DNA of 40,770 nucleotides from Candidatus Aminicenantes bacterium (GCA_023133225.1 JAGLWV010000078.1:1-40770), one strand, 5' to 3'. Shown: positions 23,590 through 31,949, numbered from the stretch's first letter. A program made the numbers and translations. The notes: a model not told the origin generated them from the letters alone.

Positions 23590-24863
23590 TACTCCTCCTC
23601 TTCCCAGTCACTGTGATCTTCGAGCACCTCATCTCCTTCGTCAAGACCCTCTATGATTTCCAGGAATCGGCCCTGTTTCCAGCCGATTCGAACCTCACGC
23701 CTCACCGGCTTCTTGTCCTTTATCACATAAACATAATTGATTCCTCCGGCTTTCTTTACGGATCTTGCCGGTACAACGAGAACATCCTCCCGGGGTTTGA
23801 GAAATATTGAGACATTGGCCGTCATTTCCGGACGGAGAATGACCGGAGGGGATTTCAGACACTTAACCACGACATCATAAAAAACAACATTTTCCTTGAG
23901 TATCGCTTTTGGAAAAATCGCCACCACCTCTCCCTCTATATCAATTGAAGGAAAAGCCTCTAATGTGAAGGTGGCTTTTTGACCAATCTTGATCTTGCCG
24001 ATATCAACTTCATCCACATAGGTTTCGATCTGAAGCCGGTCAAGATCAATAATCGTCACAAATGTCGGTACGCTCAAACCCACTGCTACGGTTTCACCCT
24101 CTTGTGTTGAGACCGAGGCGATGATTCCTGAAATTGGTGCACGTAGGGTTGCGTATGATAACTCGACTTCAGTGATTCTCAACGCGGCTCTTGCGCTTTT
24201 GACTTCGGCTTTTAGCTGTTTCAAGTCTTCCTTGAACTTTTTTCTTTCCAGTTCCAGCATCTTCGAACTCGTCTCCAATTCCTTCTTAGCCACCAAGAAT
24301 TCCTCTTTTGCCTGGTCGAGCTTCTGCTGGGATGTGAGATTTTCTTTAAAGAGAATGGATTGCCTTTCATGCTCTTTCGCATCTAGGTCATGGATTGCTT
24401 TTAATCGACCGCACTCGGCTTCGGCCTTCTCGATTTCGATAGGACCGAGATTCTCCAGTGCAGTAAGATTGATTAAGGCCTTGCTTAGCTCAGCTTTCCC
24501 TTTTTCAACGACTGCTTTGAGTTCGTCTTTTTCCAGCTCTGCAATGATTTGCCCCTTCTTTACCAGGTCGCCGATATTCGCATGAAGATGTTCAACTTTG
24601 CCAGGTATCCGAGAGCCCAGGCGGACCTCCGCACCCACTTGTGGCTTGACCATGCCAAGAGCTGTTACAGAGAGGGAAAACTTTTGCTTGGTGACTTGAA
24701 TCGTTCTATATTTGGCTTTTTTGCCTCCTGAGGAGCAACAGTAAAGCAATCCGATTCCAAGAGCACATACTAAAATGGTGAGATAGGTCGATTTATAATT
24801 TGGTTTTTGCGCTTGCCACGGTTTACTCTCAATTTTGTCCAATTTCCACCTGCTTATATCCAC
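23589..24863 (-). CDS. Periplasmic adaptor (membrane fusion protein, HlyD/MacA family)
   Basis: 424-aa ORF with an N-terminal TM (YLTILVCALGIGLLY), a lipoyl/barrel region, and a long coiled-coil hairpin (KAELSKALINL...KQLKAEVKSARAAL). It has the typical GxxV and ATLRAPISGII motifs. The start (GTG at 24863 or TTG at 24842) is uncertain. Confidence 0.85.
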   Translation of the reverse strand: MDISRWKLDKIESKPWQAQKPNYKSTYLTILVCALGIGLLYCCSSGGKKAKYRTIQVTKQKFSLSVTALGMVKPQVGAEVRLGSRIPGKVEHLHANIGDLVKKGQIIAELEKDELKAVVEKGKAELSKALINLTALENLGPIEIEKAEAECGRLKAIHDLDAKEHERQSILFKENLTSQQKLDQAKEEFLVAKKELETSSKMLELERKKFKEDLKQLKAEVKSARAALRITEVELSYATLRAPISGIIASVSTQEGETVAVGLSVPTFVTIIDLDRLQIETYVDEVDIGKIKIGQKATFTLEAFPSIDIEGEVVAIFPKAILKENVVFYDVVVKCLKSPPVILRPEMTANVSIFLKPREDVLVVPARSVKKAGGINYVYVIKDKKPVRREVRIGWKQGRFLEIIEGLDEGDEVLEDHSDWEEEE

Positions 24864-24873
24864 AATTACATAT

Positions 24874-24901
24874 ATTATAGGGAAAATGTGTAGTCAATCA
24901 A
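24874..24901 (-). promoter_or_regulatory. Candidate sigma70-type promoter of the adaptor/ABC operon
   Basis: On the minus strand: TTGATT (24901-24896), a 16-nt spacer, then TATAAT (24879-24874), ending 10 nt upstream of the annotated GTG. Confidence 0.35.
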
Positions 24902-24985
24902 AGAGAAATCAATATAAAGAGCATATTCAGGGAAAAAGAGAAGGAAAAAGCCCAAAATGTCTAACCGAAGATCAAGAAAGAAAGG

Positions 24986-25030
24986 GGAAATAAAGCATAA
25001 ACCTTTACTGTCCGGCAACCGTTAGCTCAC
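24986..25030. repeat. Direct-repeat copy B: the genuine pmbA 3' end plus downstream flank
   Basis: It is the partner of 17429-17473 (38 of 45 identical, same orientation). It contains the pmbA stop at 25005-25007 and the last codons ELTVAGQ. Confidence 0.6.
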
Positions 25031-26351
25031 CCACTTTGATCGTAGGGCCAGAGATAGGACTCAAAAAGTCAATGTCGTTTCCGATCAGTTCTATGCTGTT
25101 CAATATCTCACCCAGGTTGCCGGAGATGGTAATTTCAGACACAGGATAGGCGATCTCTCCGTTTTCAACCCATAAGCCAAATGCTCCTCTGGAGATGTCG
25201 CCTGTCACAGGATTGAGTCCATGTCCGAGGGTTCTGGTCAGGATTAAACCTTTATCCAGGGAGGAGATGATGTCTTCTGGAGAGCTGCTTCCGGGCTCAA
25301 GATAAAAATTATTTGGGCTGACCCCGGTTCCGGAGGAGTTTCCCGTGGATTTGAGTTTCAGCTTCCGGGCGGCATAAGTATTACACAGGTAATTTTTAAG
25401 TATTCCTCTTCTGACAACCCGGGTTTTCTGACAGGGTACACCTTCCGCGTCAAAGGGTCTTGTCCCCAGCATTCTGGGCATAAGCCCATCGTCGATGACA
25501 GTGACACTGCTGTTACTAATCCTTTCTTCTAGCTTATCGACCAAAAAGGAGGTTTTCTGGTAGATGGATACTCCTGATACACAGGCGAAGAGAAAACCCA
25601 ATATCCAGGAAGTCATCAGCGGTTCAAAGATCATGGGGACATTTTGTGTTCTTATTTTTCTTGGATTCAACTGCCGCACCGTTCTCTCCACTGCTTTTTT
25701 TGCAACTTCTTCTGGCCGCTCTAACTCATTGAAATGTATTTTTGAGGAGGACCAGGAGCCCTCAACTCTGCTGTCTGTGTCTCCAGCCTGAAGACCGACA
25801 CTCAGGCCGAAGTATGTCTGGTCGTATTCCTCAAGGAAACCGTTGGAGTTGGCTAAAACGCTTTTGATTTCATTGGTTTGAAAGCTTGCTCCATGGGAAT
25901 TGGTTATTCTCTTATCCTCTAGTGCAATTTTTTCGGTCTCCATAGCCAGAGATATCTTCTTTTCTGAATCCAGAGTAGAGATTTCAGGGTCAAAAAGCCT
26001 TAAAGATGAAATGTTAATTTTTCTACTTGAGGGGGCGGGAAGTCCGGAAAACTCATCTTGACTGGCAAAGCTCGAACGTTTTATGGCATTTTTCACAAGG
26101 CTCTGGAGAGTCTCTCTGGACAAATCTGAGGAAGTGGCAAAAGCGGTTTTTTTATCCTTGAGAATCCTTAGGCCTAAATACCGGGAGCCTGCCTCCACAA
26201 GGTTTTCAATCTTTCCTAATCTTACATCTACACTGAATTCGTATCCATCCACTATGGAGACTTCAATTTCCTCTGCTCCGTTTATTTTTCCAAAAGCGAC
26301 AAGGCTCGCTGCCAGTTCTTTGAGTTCGGCAGAATTTTCTATCTCCATCAC
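25005..26351 (-). CDS. pmbA: PmbA/TldE-type metalloprotease subunit (TldD/PmbA family, no HExxxH)
   Basis: 448-aa ORF from the TldD/PmbA family. It has the C-terminal GxxxENG-type block (GLWVENGEIAYPV) and lacks the catalytic HExxxH. Its start overlaps the tldD stop. No signal peptide is present. Confidence 0.85.
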   Translation of the reverse strand: MMEIENSAELKELAASLVAFGKINGAEEIEVSIVDGYEFSVDVRLGKIENLVEAGSRYLGLRILKDKKTAFATSSDLSRETLQSLVKNAIKRSSFASQDEFSGLPAPSSRKINISSLRLFDPEISTLDSEKKISLAMETEKIALEDKRITNSHGASFQTNEIKSVLANSNGFLEEYDQTYFGLSVGLQAGDTDSRVEGSWSSSKIHFNELERPEEVAKKAVERTVRQLNPRKIRTQNVPMIFEPLMTSWILGFLFACVSGVSIYQKTSFLVDKLEERISNSSVTVIDDGLMPRMLGTRPFDAEGVPCQKTRVVRRGILKNYLCNTYAARKLKLKSTGNSSGTGVSPNNFYLEPGSSSPEDIISSLDKGLILTRTLGHGLNPVTGDISRGAFGLWVENGEIAYPVSEITISGNLGEILNSIELIGNDIDFLSPISGPTIKVGELTVAGQ

Positions 26352-27874
26352 TTTTGCCCTCCTACTGTCATCTTTGCAATTTTAATAGTTGGACATCCAT
26401 CGTTTACCGGAACAGTCTGGCCTTCCTTTCCACAGCTTCCCGTTTGAAGGCCAAATTTAAGGTCGGAGCCTATCATTTCGATATCATTTAAGATGTCAAT
26501 ATTTGTCCCGATCAATGTAGCCTGTTTCGTGGGAGAAGTGAGCTTTCCGTTTTCAATGAGGAAACCTGAATTGACTGAGAAAGTGAACTTCCCTGAGTCT
26601 TCTACTTGACCACCCTGGTATTTCTGGGCATAAAATCCTTTTTTTACAGATTTAATGATTTCCTCAGGAGAGTATTCCCCTCTGTCGATATAGGTATTGC
26701 TCATTCTGGGAATAGGGATACAGGTATAATTTTCTCTTCTACCATGCCCGGTGAGAGGCTTTTTCATCAATTTAGCTGAAAGCCTGTCCTGAAGCAGCCC
26801 TGTCAAGTTTCCTTTTATAATGAGGAGAGTCTTTTTGGGGATGGTTCCTTCATCATCGATGTTGTAGGAGCCTCGAAAGTTGGGAATTGTCGGGTCGTCG
26901 TAAATCGTGATCTGGCTGCTTCCCACTTTTTTTCCCATCTTGTTCCAAAAAATGGATGTTTTCTTCCGGATAAAATCTGCTTCTAACAAATGTCCTACGG
27001 CCTCATGCACTAAGACTCCGCTGTGTCCGGGAGCAAGGATTACAGGCATTTCCCCGGCCGGAGGCGTTATCGCTTCAAGAAGATTTAAAGCTTCCTTTGC
27101 TGCATCCTGACCTATTTCTTCAGGAGTTAAGACATGAGCGAAATATTCCATCCCCACTCTTCCACCCCCTCCGGAGAAACCAGCTTCTCTTTTCTCCTCT
27201 TTTTCTGCTACTGCCAAACAGACCATTTTTATTAAAGGGCGAGCATCGGATACCTTAAGTCCTTCTGAGTTGACAATGGTTATATGCTGATCGAGATCCA
27301 TGAGAGAAACCTTTACTTTCTTTATTTTTGAATCAAAGTTCCGGGCAGCGGAATAGGCTTTTTTAACGAGTCGTATTTTTTCCTCCAGGGATTCCTGAGA
27401 TGGATGTATAAGTAAGGGATAAAAATTGTGAGGAAACTGAACTGGGTTCAGAGATGCGGTATTCCTGAGGGTGGTTCCTGAAGCAATAGAGGCAGCTGTA
27501 AGTGCAGTTTTTTTAATCTTTTCTCGAGAAAGGTCATTGGTATATCCGTATCCTGTTTTTTCGCCAGACAAAACTCTTATGCCCAATCCTAGACTTATAC
27601 TCTCTGCTGTCTCTTTGATAATATCTTCTTCCATGTTGATAGAATTGTAGATCTTATACTCGAGATAGATTTCCGAGAAATCACCACCACGAGAAAGAGA
27701 AATATTTAAGAATTTTTGAAGGTCTTCCTGGGAAAAATGAAAATGGTCTTCAAAAACAAGATGTGGAGGATTTTTCATCTTCTTTATTCCTTTGCAGTTT
27801 AATCCGCTGAAGATTATTGATCCAAGGCCTGCAGCACTTGCTTTGAGGAAAGTTCGTCTTTTAATTTCGGGCAC
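26348..27874 (-). CDS. tldD: TldD-type metalloprotease with an N-terminal twin-arginine signal
   Basis: 508-aa ORF with the catalytic motif HEAVGH (LVHEAVGHLLEADF). The N-terminus MPEIKRRTFLKASAAGLGSII matches the Tat consensus [ST]-R-R-x-F-L-K. The GTG start has AAGGAG 8 nt upstream. Confidence 0.9.
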   Translation of the reverse strand: MPEIKRRTFLKASAAGLGSIIFSGLNCKGIKKMKNPPHLVFEDHFHFSQEDLQKFLNISLSRGGDFSEIYLEYKIYNSINMEEDIIKETAESISLGLGIRVLSGEKTGYGYTNDLSREKIKKTALTAASIASGTTLRNTASLNPVQFPHNFYPLLIHPSQESLEEKIRLVKKAYSAARNFDSKIKKVKVSLMDLDQHITIVNSEGLKVSDARPLIKMVCLAVAEKEEKREAGFSGGGGRVGMEYFAHVLTPEEIGQDAAKEALNLLEAITPPAGEMPVILAPGHSGVLVHEAVGHLLEADFIRKKTSIFWNKMGKKVGSSQITIYDDPTIPNFRGSYNIDDEGTIPKKTLLIIKGNLTGLLQDRLSAKLMKKPLTGHGRRENYTCIPIPRMSNTYIDRGEYSPEEIIKSVKKGFYAQKYQGGQVEDSGKFTFSVNSGFLIENGKLTSPTKQATLIGTNIDILNDIEMIGSDLKFGLQTGSCGKEGQTVPVNDGCPTIKIAKMTVGGQK

Positions 27875-27928
27875 AAAATTCTCCTTGTTATCATCTGCTC
27901 AATAAAAGATTTTTGGGGCACCACTATT

Positions 27929-29092
27929 TTATAGCTCTCCTGTTACAGCCAGTAGACGGATTCCCTTGATGGACATTCCTTTAATTCCCAATTTCTCAAC
28001 AGTTCTACCGATTTCCCAGAAGTCTATTCCTCTCATTATGGAAGCAAGGTGGATAACAGCTCTAATAGTGGGGGTTTCAACCTTCAACATTTCTCCGAGG
28101 GAAGCAAGAGGAACAAGACTCATCGGAACATCCTCATCCACATAGCGGTGGTGCAGTCTGTCAGGAGCATTGATTCCAAGATAACCGGGGTTGTCATGAA
28201 TGGCCTCATAAAGGTCTTTTCCGGCAGCGCTGTATGCTGTGTAAAGCCATGCTTTAGCACTCAGAGCCTTAATTCCCAACGCAGCCGCAACTGCCAGCCT
28301 TTCTTTGTCTAATCTTTCAAGTGCTCTGGCAACAGATTCACTTGCACCTTGGATGTAATATTCAAAATCGCCGTGAGTATCTTCGATCCAGCCTGCGTTG
28401 AGGATTGTAAGGGCTGGATGGAAGATTGCACCGATGTTGTCAAAGCTTGTTTTAAAGATGTTATCACCAGGGATAAATTGGGGAAAAGCCCGGTTGATGA
28501 TTTTTTGAATGCCTGGAATCCAGTAAGCAGGAAGGGTAGCCAGAGGAATAGAATTTTTTACGGAAAATATTTTTGCGTGGGCGGGTCCAAGCGCCCTTGA
28601 AGCATAAAGGAATGTTTGTGCTTCCGCAATAAAGGGAAGCTTTTTTATGTCCTGTTTCCTGAGGACATTATGAAATTCCAGGGCTCCTCCTGTCCGGCCT
28701 GGATTGAGGATGACTATTTGATTCTCTTTAAGATAAGGGGCACATGTTTCAGCTATAAAACGGTGAGCAAGGGCTGGTACGACAACCATAAGAATATCAG
28801 CTTCCTCCATGCATTCTTTTATGTTGCTCGAAGCGAGCTCGATCTTCCCAAATCCCTTTACTTCTCCCTCGACCTTTATTCCTCCTCTTTGTATGACTGT
28901 GTGGATTCTCGTTCGTCCCCGGTTATAAAGATTGACTCTAAAGCCCTTAATAGCCAGATGGCCTGCCATGGCTAATCCGCCGTGCCCCGCTCCGAGAATA
29001 CAAAATAAGAGGTCTTTTTTATCTTTTTTAAGGGCGGTTTTGATGTACTGGACTCTTCTTTTGTCTGATGCTTTCATCACTTTTTTTGTCAT
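27929..29092 (-). CDS. NAD(P)-dependent octopine/nopaline (opine) dehydrogenase family protein
   Basis: 387-aa ORF with an N-terminal Rossmann motif ILGAGHGGLAMAGHLAIKG. The overall length and layout resemble the opine dehydrogenase / glycerol-3-phosphate dehydrogenase-like family. It is the first gene of the tldD-pmbA operon. Confidence 0.7.
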   Translation of the reverse strand: MTKKVMKASDKRRVQYIKTALKKDKKDLLFCILGAGHGGLAMAGHLAIKGFRVNLYNRGRTRIHTVIQRGGIKVEGEVKGFGKIELASSNIKECMEEADILMVVVPALAHRFIAETCAPYLKENQIVILNPGRTGGALEFHNVLRKQDIKKLPFIAEAQTFLYASRALGPAHAKIFSVKNSIPLATLPAYWIPGIQKIINRAFPQFIPGDNIFKTSFDNIGAIFHPALTILNAGWIEDTHGDFEYYIQGASESVARALERLDKERLAVAAALGIKALSAKAWLYTAYSAAGKDLYEAIHDNPGYLGINAPDRLHHRYVDEDVPMSLVPLASLGEMLKVETPTIRAVIHLASIMRGIDFWEIGRTVEKLGIKGMSIKGIRLLAVTGEL

Positions 29093-29290
29093 TTGCCATT
29101 CCTCTTTATGGAAATTTTATTTCTTCTCTGATATTTAGTTTTTTGAGAAATTTTCTTCCAATGTGATGCAAATTTGGATTTTACCGTTTATTGGTTTTTA
29201 TAGATCTTTTGAAATACCGCGTTTATTTTATTGGATACTTGCTGTAAAGGCAAATCCTAAAATTCATCCCTGCCCACATCAAAAGCCTTA

Positions 29291-29319
29291 TTGACTGGCA
29301 ATACAGAAAAAATTATAAT
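29291..29319 (+). promoter_or_regulatory. Near-consensus sigma70 promoter of nadC-nadB
   Basis: TTGACT (29291-29296), exactly 17 nt, then TATAAT (29314-29319). Only 8 nt separate the -10 from the nadC ATG at 29328, and no Shine-Dalgarno is present. Confidence 0.5.
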
Positions 29320-29327
29320 TTTCATCA

Positions 29328-30161
29328 ATGGAATATGCTACGATAGATGCGATAATTGAGGCAGCCTTGAAAGAGGACTTGCCTCACGGGGATATCACTT
29401 CTGAAAGCATTATCCCTGCATGTTCAAAATCCGAAGCCATAATCCTGACCAAGGAAGAAGGAGTGCTTGCTGGAATAGACGTAGCCCGGAGAGTTTTTTA
29501 CAAAATTGACCAGTCTATTTCTTTCAAAAAAAATTTGGATGACGGGCAGATATTCAGGAAAAAAGATACAATTGCCACTCTTCGAGGTCCATCGATTTCC
29601 CTCCTTAAAGGCGAACGGACAGCCTTGAATTTTCTGCAGAGGATGTCTGGGATCGCAACCACAACCAGAAGATTTGTGCGAGCCTTAGAGGGAACAAAGA
29701 CAAAAATCCTGGATACAAGAAAAACAACTCCTGGCTTGAGGTTGCTGGAAAAGTATGCAGTGAAAATAGGTGGAGGTGTAAACCACCGCTTCGATCTTTC
29801 TGAGATGGTGCTAATAAAGGACAATCATTTAAAGCTTGTTGGCAGTATTTCACAGGCTGTCATGAGAGCGAAGGAAAAAGTGAAACCAGGAGTGAGGATT
29901 GAAGTGGAAGCCACAAATTTAGAAGAAGTTCAAGAAGCTGTCCGAAGCGGGGCTGATGTGGTAATGCTTGATAATATGTCGATTAAGAAAATGAAGGAAG
30001 TGGTCAAATGGATTAAAGGGAAAATTCCTCTTGAAGTTTCAGGTAAAGTTTCCCTTAGAAGAATTGGAGAGATTGCTTCTCTAGGAGTTGATTATATCTC
30101 TGTGGGAAGCTTAACTCATTCCTATAAATCAGTGGATATGAGCATTGAGTTTTTGAGGTGA
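29328..30161 (+). CDS. nadC: Nicotinate-nucleotide pyrophosphorylase (carboxylating), quinolinate phosphoribosyltransferase
   Basis: 277-aa ORF with the family blocks EDLPHGDITS, LKGERTALNFLQRMSGIATTT, ILDTRKTTPGLR and MLDNM. Confidence 0.9.
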   Translation: MEYATIDAIIEAALKEDLPHGDITSESIIPACSKSEAIILTKEEGVLAGIDVARRVFYKIDQSISFKKNLDDGQIFRKKDTIATLRGPSISLLKGERTALNFLQRMSGIATTTRRFVRALEGTKTKILDTRKTTPGLRLLEKYAVKIGGGVNHRFDLSEMVLIKDNHLKLVGSISQAVMRAKEKVKPGVRIEVEATNLEEVQEAVRSGADVVMLDNMSIKKMKEVVKWIKGKIPLEVSGKVSLRRIGEIASLGVDYISVGSLTHSYKSVDMSIEFLR

Positions 30162-31769
30162 ATGATTATGGGAGAAGAAAAAGGTATTACTACAGATGTA
30201 TTGATAATTGGTTGTGGGATTGCCGGAGCAAGCGCAGCCCTTGAAGCAGCTAAAAATGGCTTGAGAGTGATATTGGTCACTAAAAACTCGAGTCTTGAGG
30301 AGTCGAACACCTATTATGCCCAGGGTGGAATCGTATCTCTGGGACATAATGATTATCCAGAGTTATTAAAAAAAGATATCATCGAAAGTGGTGACGGTAT
30401 CAATAACCCGGAGGCTGTTGAGATTTTAGCCAGTGAAGGCAAAAAAGTAGTAGATGAGATCCTGATCAAAGAGCTCAACATCCCTTTTTCCAGGAGCACT
30501 CCAGATTCTTTAGATTATGCCCAGGAGGCCGGCCACTCGCGTAGGAGGATCCTTCACATAAAGGATACGACAGGAAAGACTATTGAAGAAAGATTTATCA
30601 CCGCTTTAAAAAAGTTCTCCAATGTGAAACTCCTCACTGACCATACTGCCGTTGATCTGCTGACTGTTCCCCATCATTCCAAGAATCCCGTATCTTTTTA
30701 TAAAGAACCGCAGTGCATAGGGGCTTATGTTTTGGATAACCAAACCAAAAAGGTTAAAGTCATTTTTGCTCCTTACACCATCCTGGCCACAGGAGGCTGT
30801 GGGGCCATCTATCTCTATACTTCTAATCCAAGAGGAGCTATAGGAGATGGCTATGCAATGGCTTACAGGGCAGGAGCCAGAATTGTCAACATGGAATACA
30901 TCCAGTTCCATCCTACCTCTCTTTTTCACCGGGATGCAGATGGCTTTTTAATTTCGGAGACGGTGAGGGGAGAAGGTGCCCGATTGAAAACCAGAAAGGA
31001 GCAGACCTTTATGGAGAATTATAACGAGAAGAAGGAATTGGCTCCGCGAGATGAAGTGACCAGGGCAATCTATGAGGAAATGACAAACAGTAATTCCAGA
31101 TATGTTTACCTTGATTTAGTTTCCTATGCCAAATGTGATATCAAAAAGAGGTTTCCCAATATCTATAAAACATGCCTGAAATACGGAATCGATATAACAA
31201 AGGAATCCATTCCAGTTGTCCCTGCTGCGCACTATTGCTGCGGGGGGATTATGGTTGATGAATGGGGAAGGAGTTCGCTTAAGAACCTCTATTCTGTTGG
31301 GGAAGCTTCCTGCACGGGCGTTCACGGTGCAAATCGCTTAGCCTCAACGTCTCTTTTAGAAGGATTGATATGGGGGAAAAGGGCTTCCAAATATATCTCT
31401 TCCCATTTCGATCCTGCAATGCCTTATAAGCCCTCAGATATACACGAGTGGTATTATCCTGAGAAAGAAGAGGAGGTTGACCCGGCTTTGATCAATCAGG
31501 ATTGGATCTCCATAAGATCGACCATGTGGTACTATGCGGGTATTATTCGGACTCAAAAGCGGCTGGAGAGAGCAAAGGCTGATCTGGACTATCTCCGCCA
31601 TAGGATTGAGAAGTTTTACAAAGAAGCAAGAATGGATGCCAATGTCGTTGGGTTAAAACACGGAATCCAAGTTGCCTTGTTAATAACTTATGCTGCTCTG
31701 GGCAATCCCGTGAGCTGCGGTGCCCATTATATAAAAGACTATGAAAGGGGACAGGCTACTATTTTTTAA
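30162..31769 (+). CDS. nadB: L-aspartate oxidase
   Basis: 535-aa ORF with the FAD-binding motif DVLIIGCGIAGASAALEAA, plus YAQGGI, HYCCGGI and GANRLASTSLLEGL blocks. The ATG at 30168 has better spacing to the GAGGTG Shine-Dalgarno than the ATG at 30162. Confidence 0.9.
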   Translation: MIMGEEKGITTDVLIIGCGIAGASAALEAAKNGLRVILVTKNSSLEESNTYYAQGGIVSLGHNDYPELLKKDIIESGDGINNPEAVEILASEGKKVVDEILIKELNIPFSRSTPDSLDYAQEAGHSRRRILHIKDTTGKTIEERFITALKKFSNVKLLTDHTAVDLLTVPHHSKNPVSFYKEPQCIGAYVLDNQTKKVKVIFAPYTILATGGCGAIYLYTSNPRGAIGDGYAMAYRAGARIVNMEYIQFHPTSLFHRDADGFLISETVRGEGARLKTRKEQTFMENYNEKKELAPRDEVTRAIYEEMTNSNSRYVYLDLVSYAKCDIKKRFPNIYKTCLKYGIDITKESIPVVPAAHYCCGGIMVDEWGRSSLKNLYSVGEASCTGVHGANRLASTSLLEGLIWGKRASKYISSHFDPAMPYKPSDIHEWYYPEKEEEVDPALINQDWISIRSTMWYYAGIIRTQKRLERAKADLDYLRHRIEKFYKEARMDANVVGLKHGIQVALLITYAALGNPVSCGAHYIKDYERGQATIF

Positions 31770-31791
31770 AAGGTGCCTGTTCCCATTTTTT
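31747..31791 (+). terminator. Rho-independent terminator of nadB
   Basis: GGGGACAGGC (31747-31756) pairs with GCCTGTTCCC (31775-31784), giving 10 bp including one G-U pair. The loop is 18 nt and contains the TAA stop. The stem is followed by A-TTTTTT (31785-31791). Confidence 0.55.
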
Positions 31792-31873
31792 AAGAGCGAA
31801 GCCTGTATCCGAGCGGGAGTTCTTCGCTGGGGAAATCCCGCGTGTTTAAGAACCACTTAGCCTGAGTCTCTTG

Positions 31874-31901
31874 TTGACTTTTTGGAGTAGAGATATAAAA
31901 T
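31874..31901 (+). promoter_or_regulatory. Candidate promoter of the ileS operon
   Basis: TTGACT (31874-31879), a 16-nt spacer, then TAAAAT (31896-31901), about 50 nt upstream of the ileS ATG. Confidence 0.3.
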
Positions 31902-31949
31902 AGCTTGTTCTATAATAATAAAATAGAATAGTTCAATCCGGAGAAAACT

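Noticed and set aside
23680-23700. GATTCGAACC, the reverse complement of the tRNA T-arm consensus GGTTCGAATC, could hint at a minus-strand tRNA.
   Set aside because: It lies inside the adaptor-protein CDS, where it codes for VRIGW. No acceptor, D or anticodon arms can be drawn around it.
366-24585. Many 60-185-aa ORFs in the track lie antisense to or out of frame within long, motif-supported CDSs. Examples: 366..800, 2002..2454, 3033..3512, 7714..8127, 8187..8465, 19210..19701, 20428..20838, 22424..22789, 23099..23656, 24121..24585, 28616..28975, 33203..33553, 37602..37925.
   Set aside because: Each is fully embedded in a longer ORF with clear family motifs. They lack Shine-Dalgarno sites, and their translated sequences are low-complexity (Ser/Arg/Pro-rich) as expected for shadow frames.
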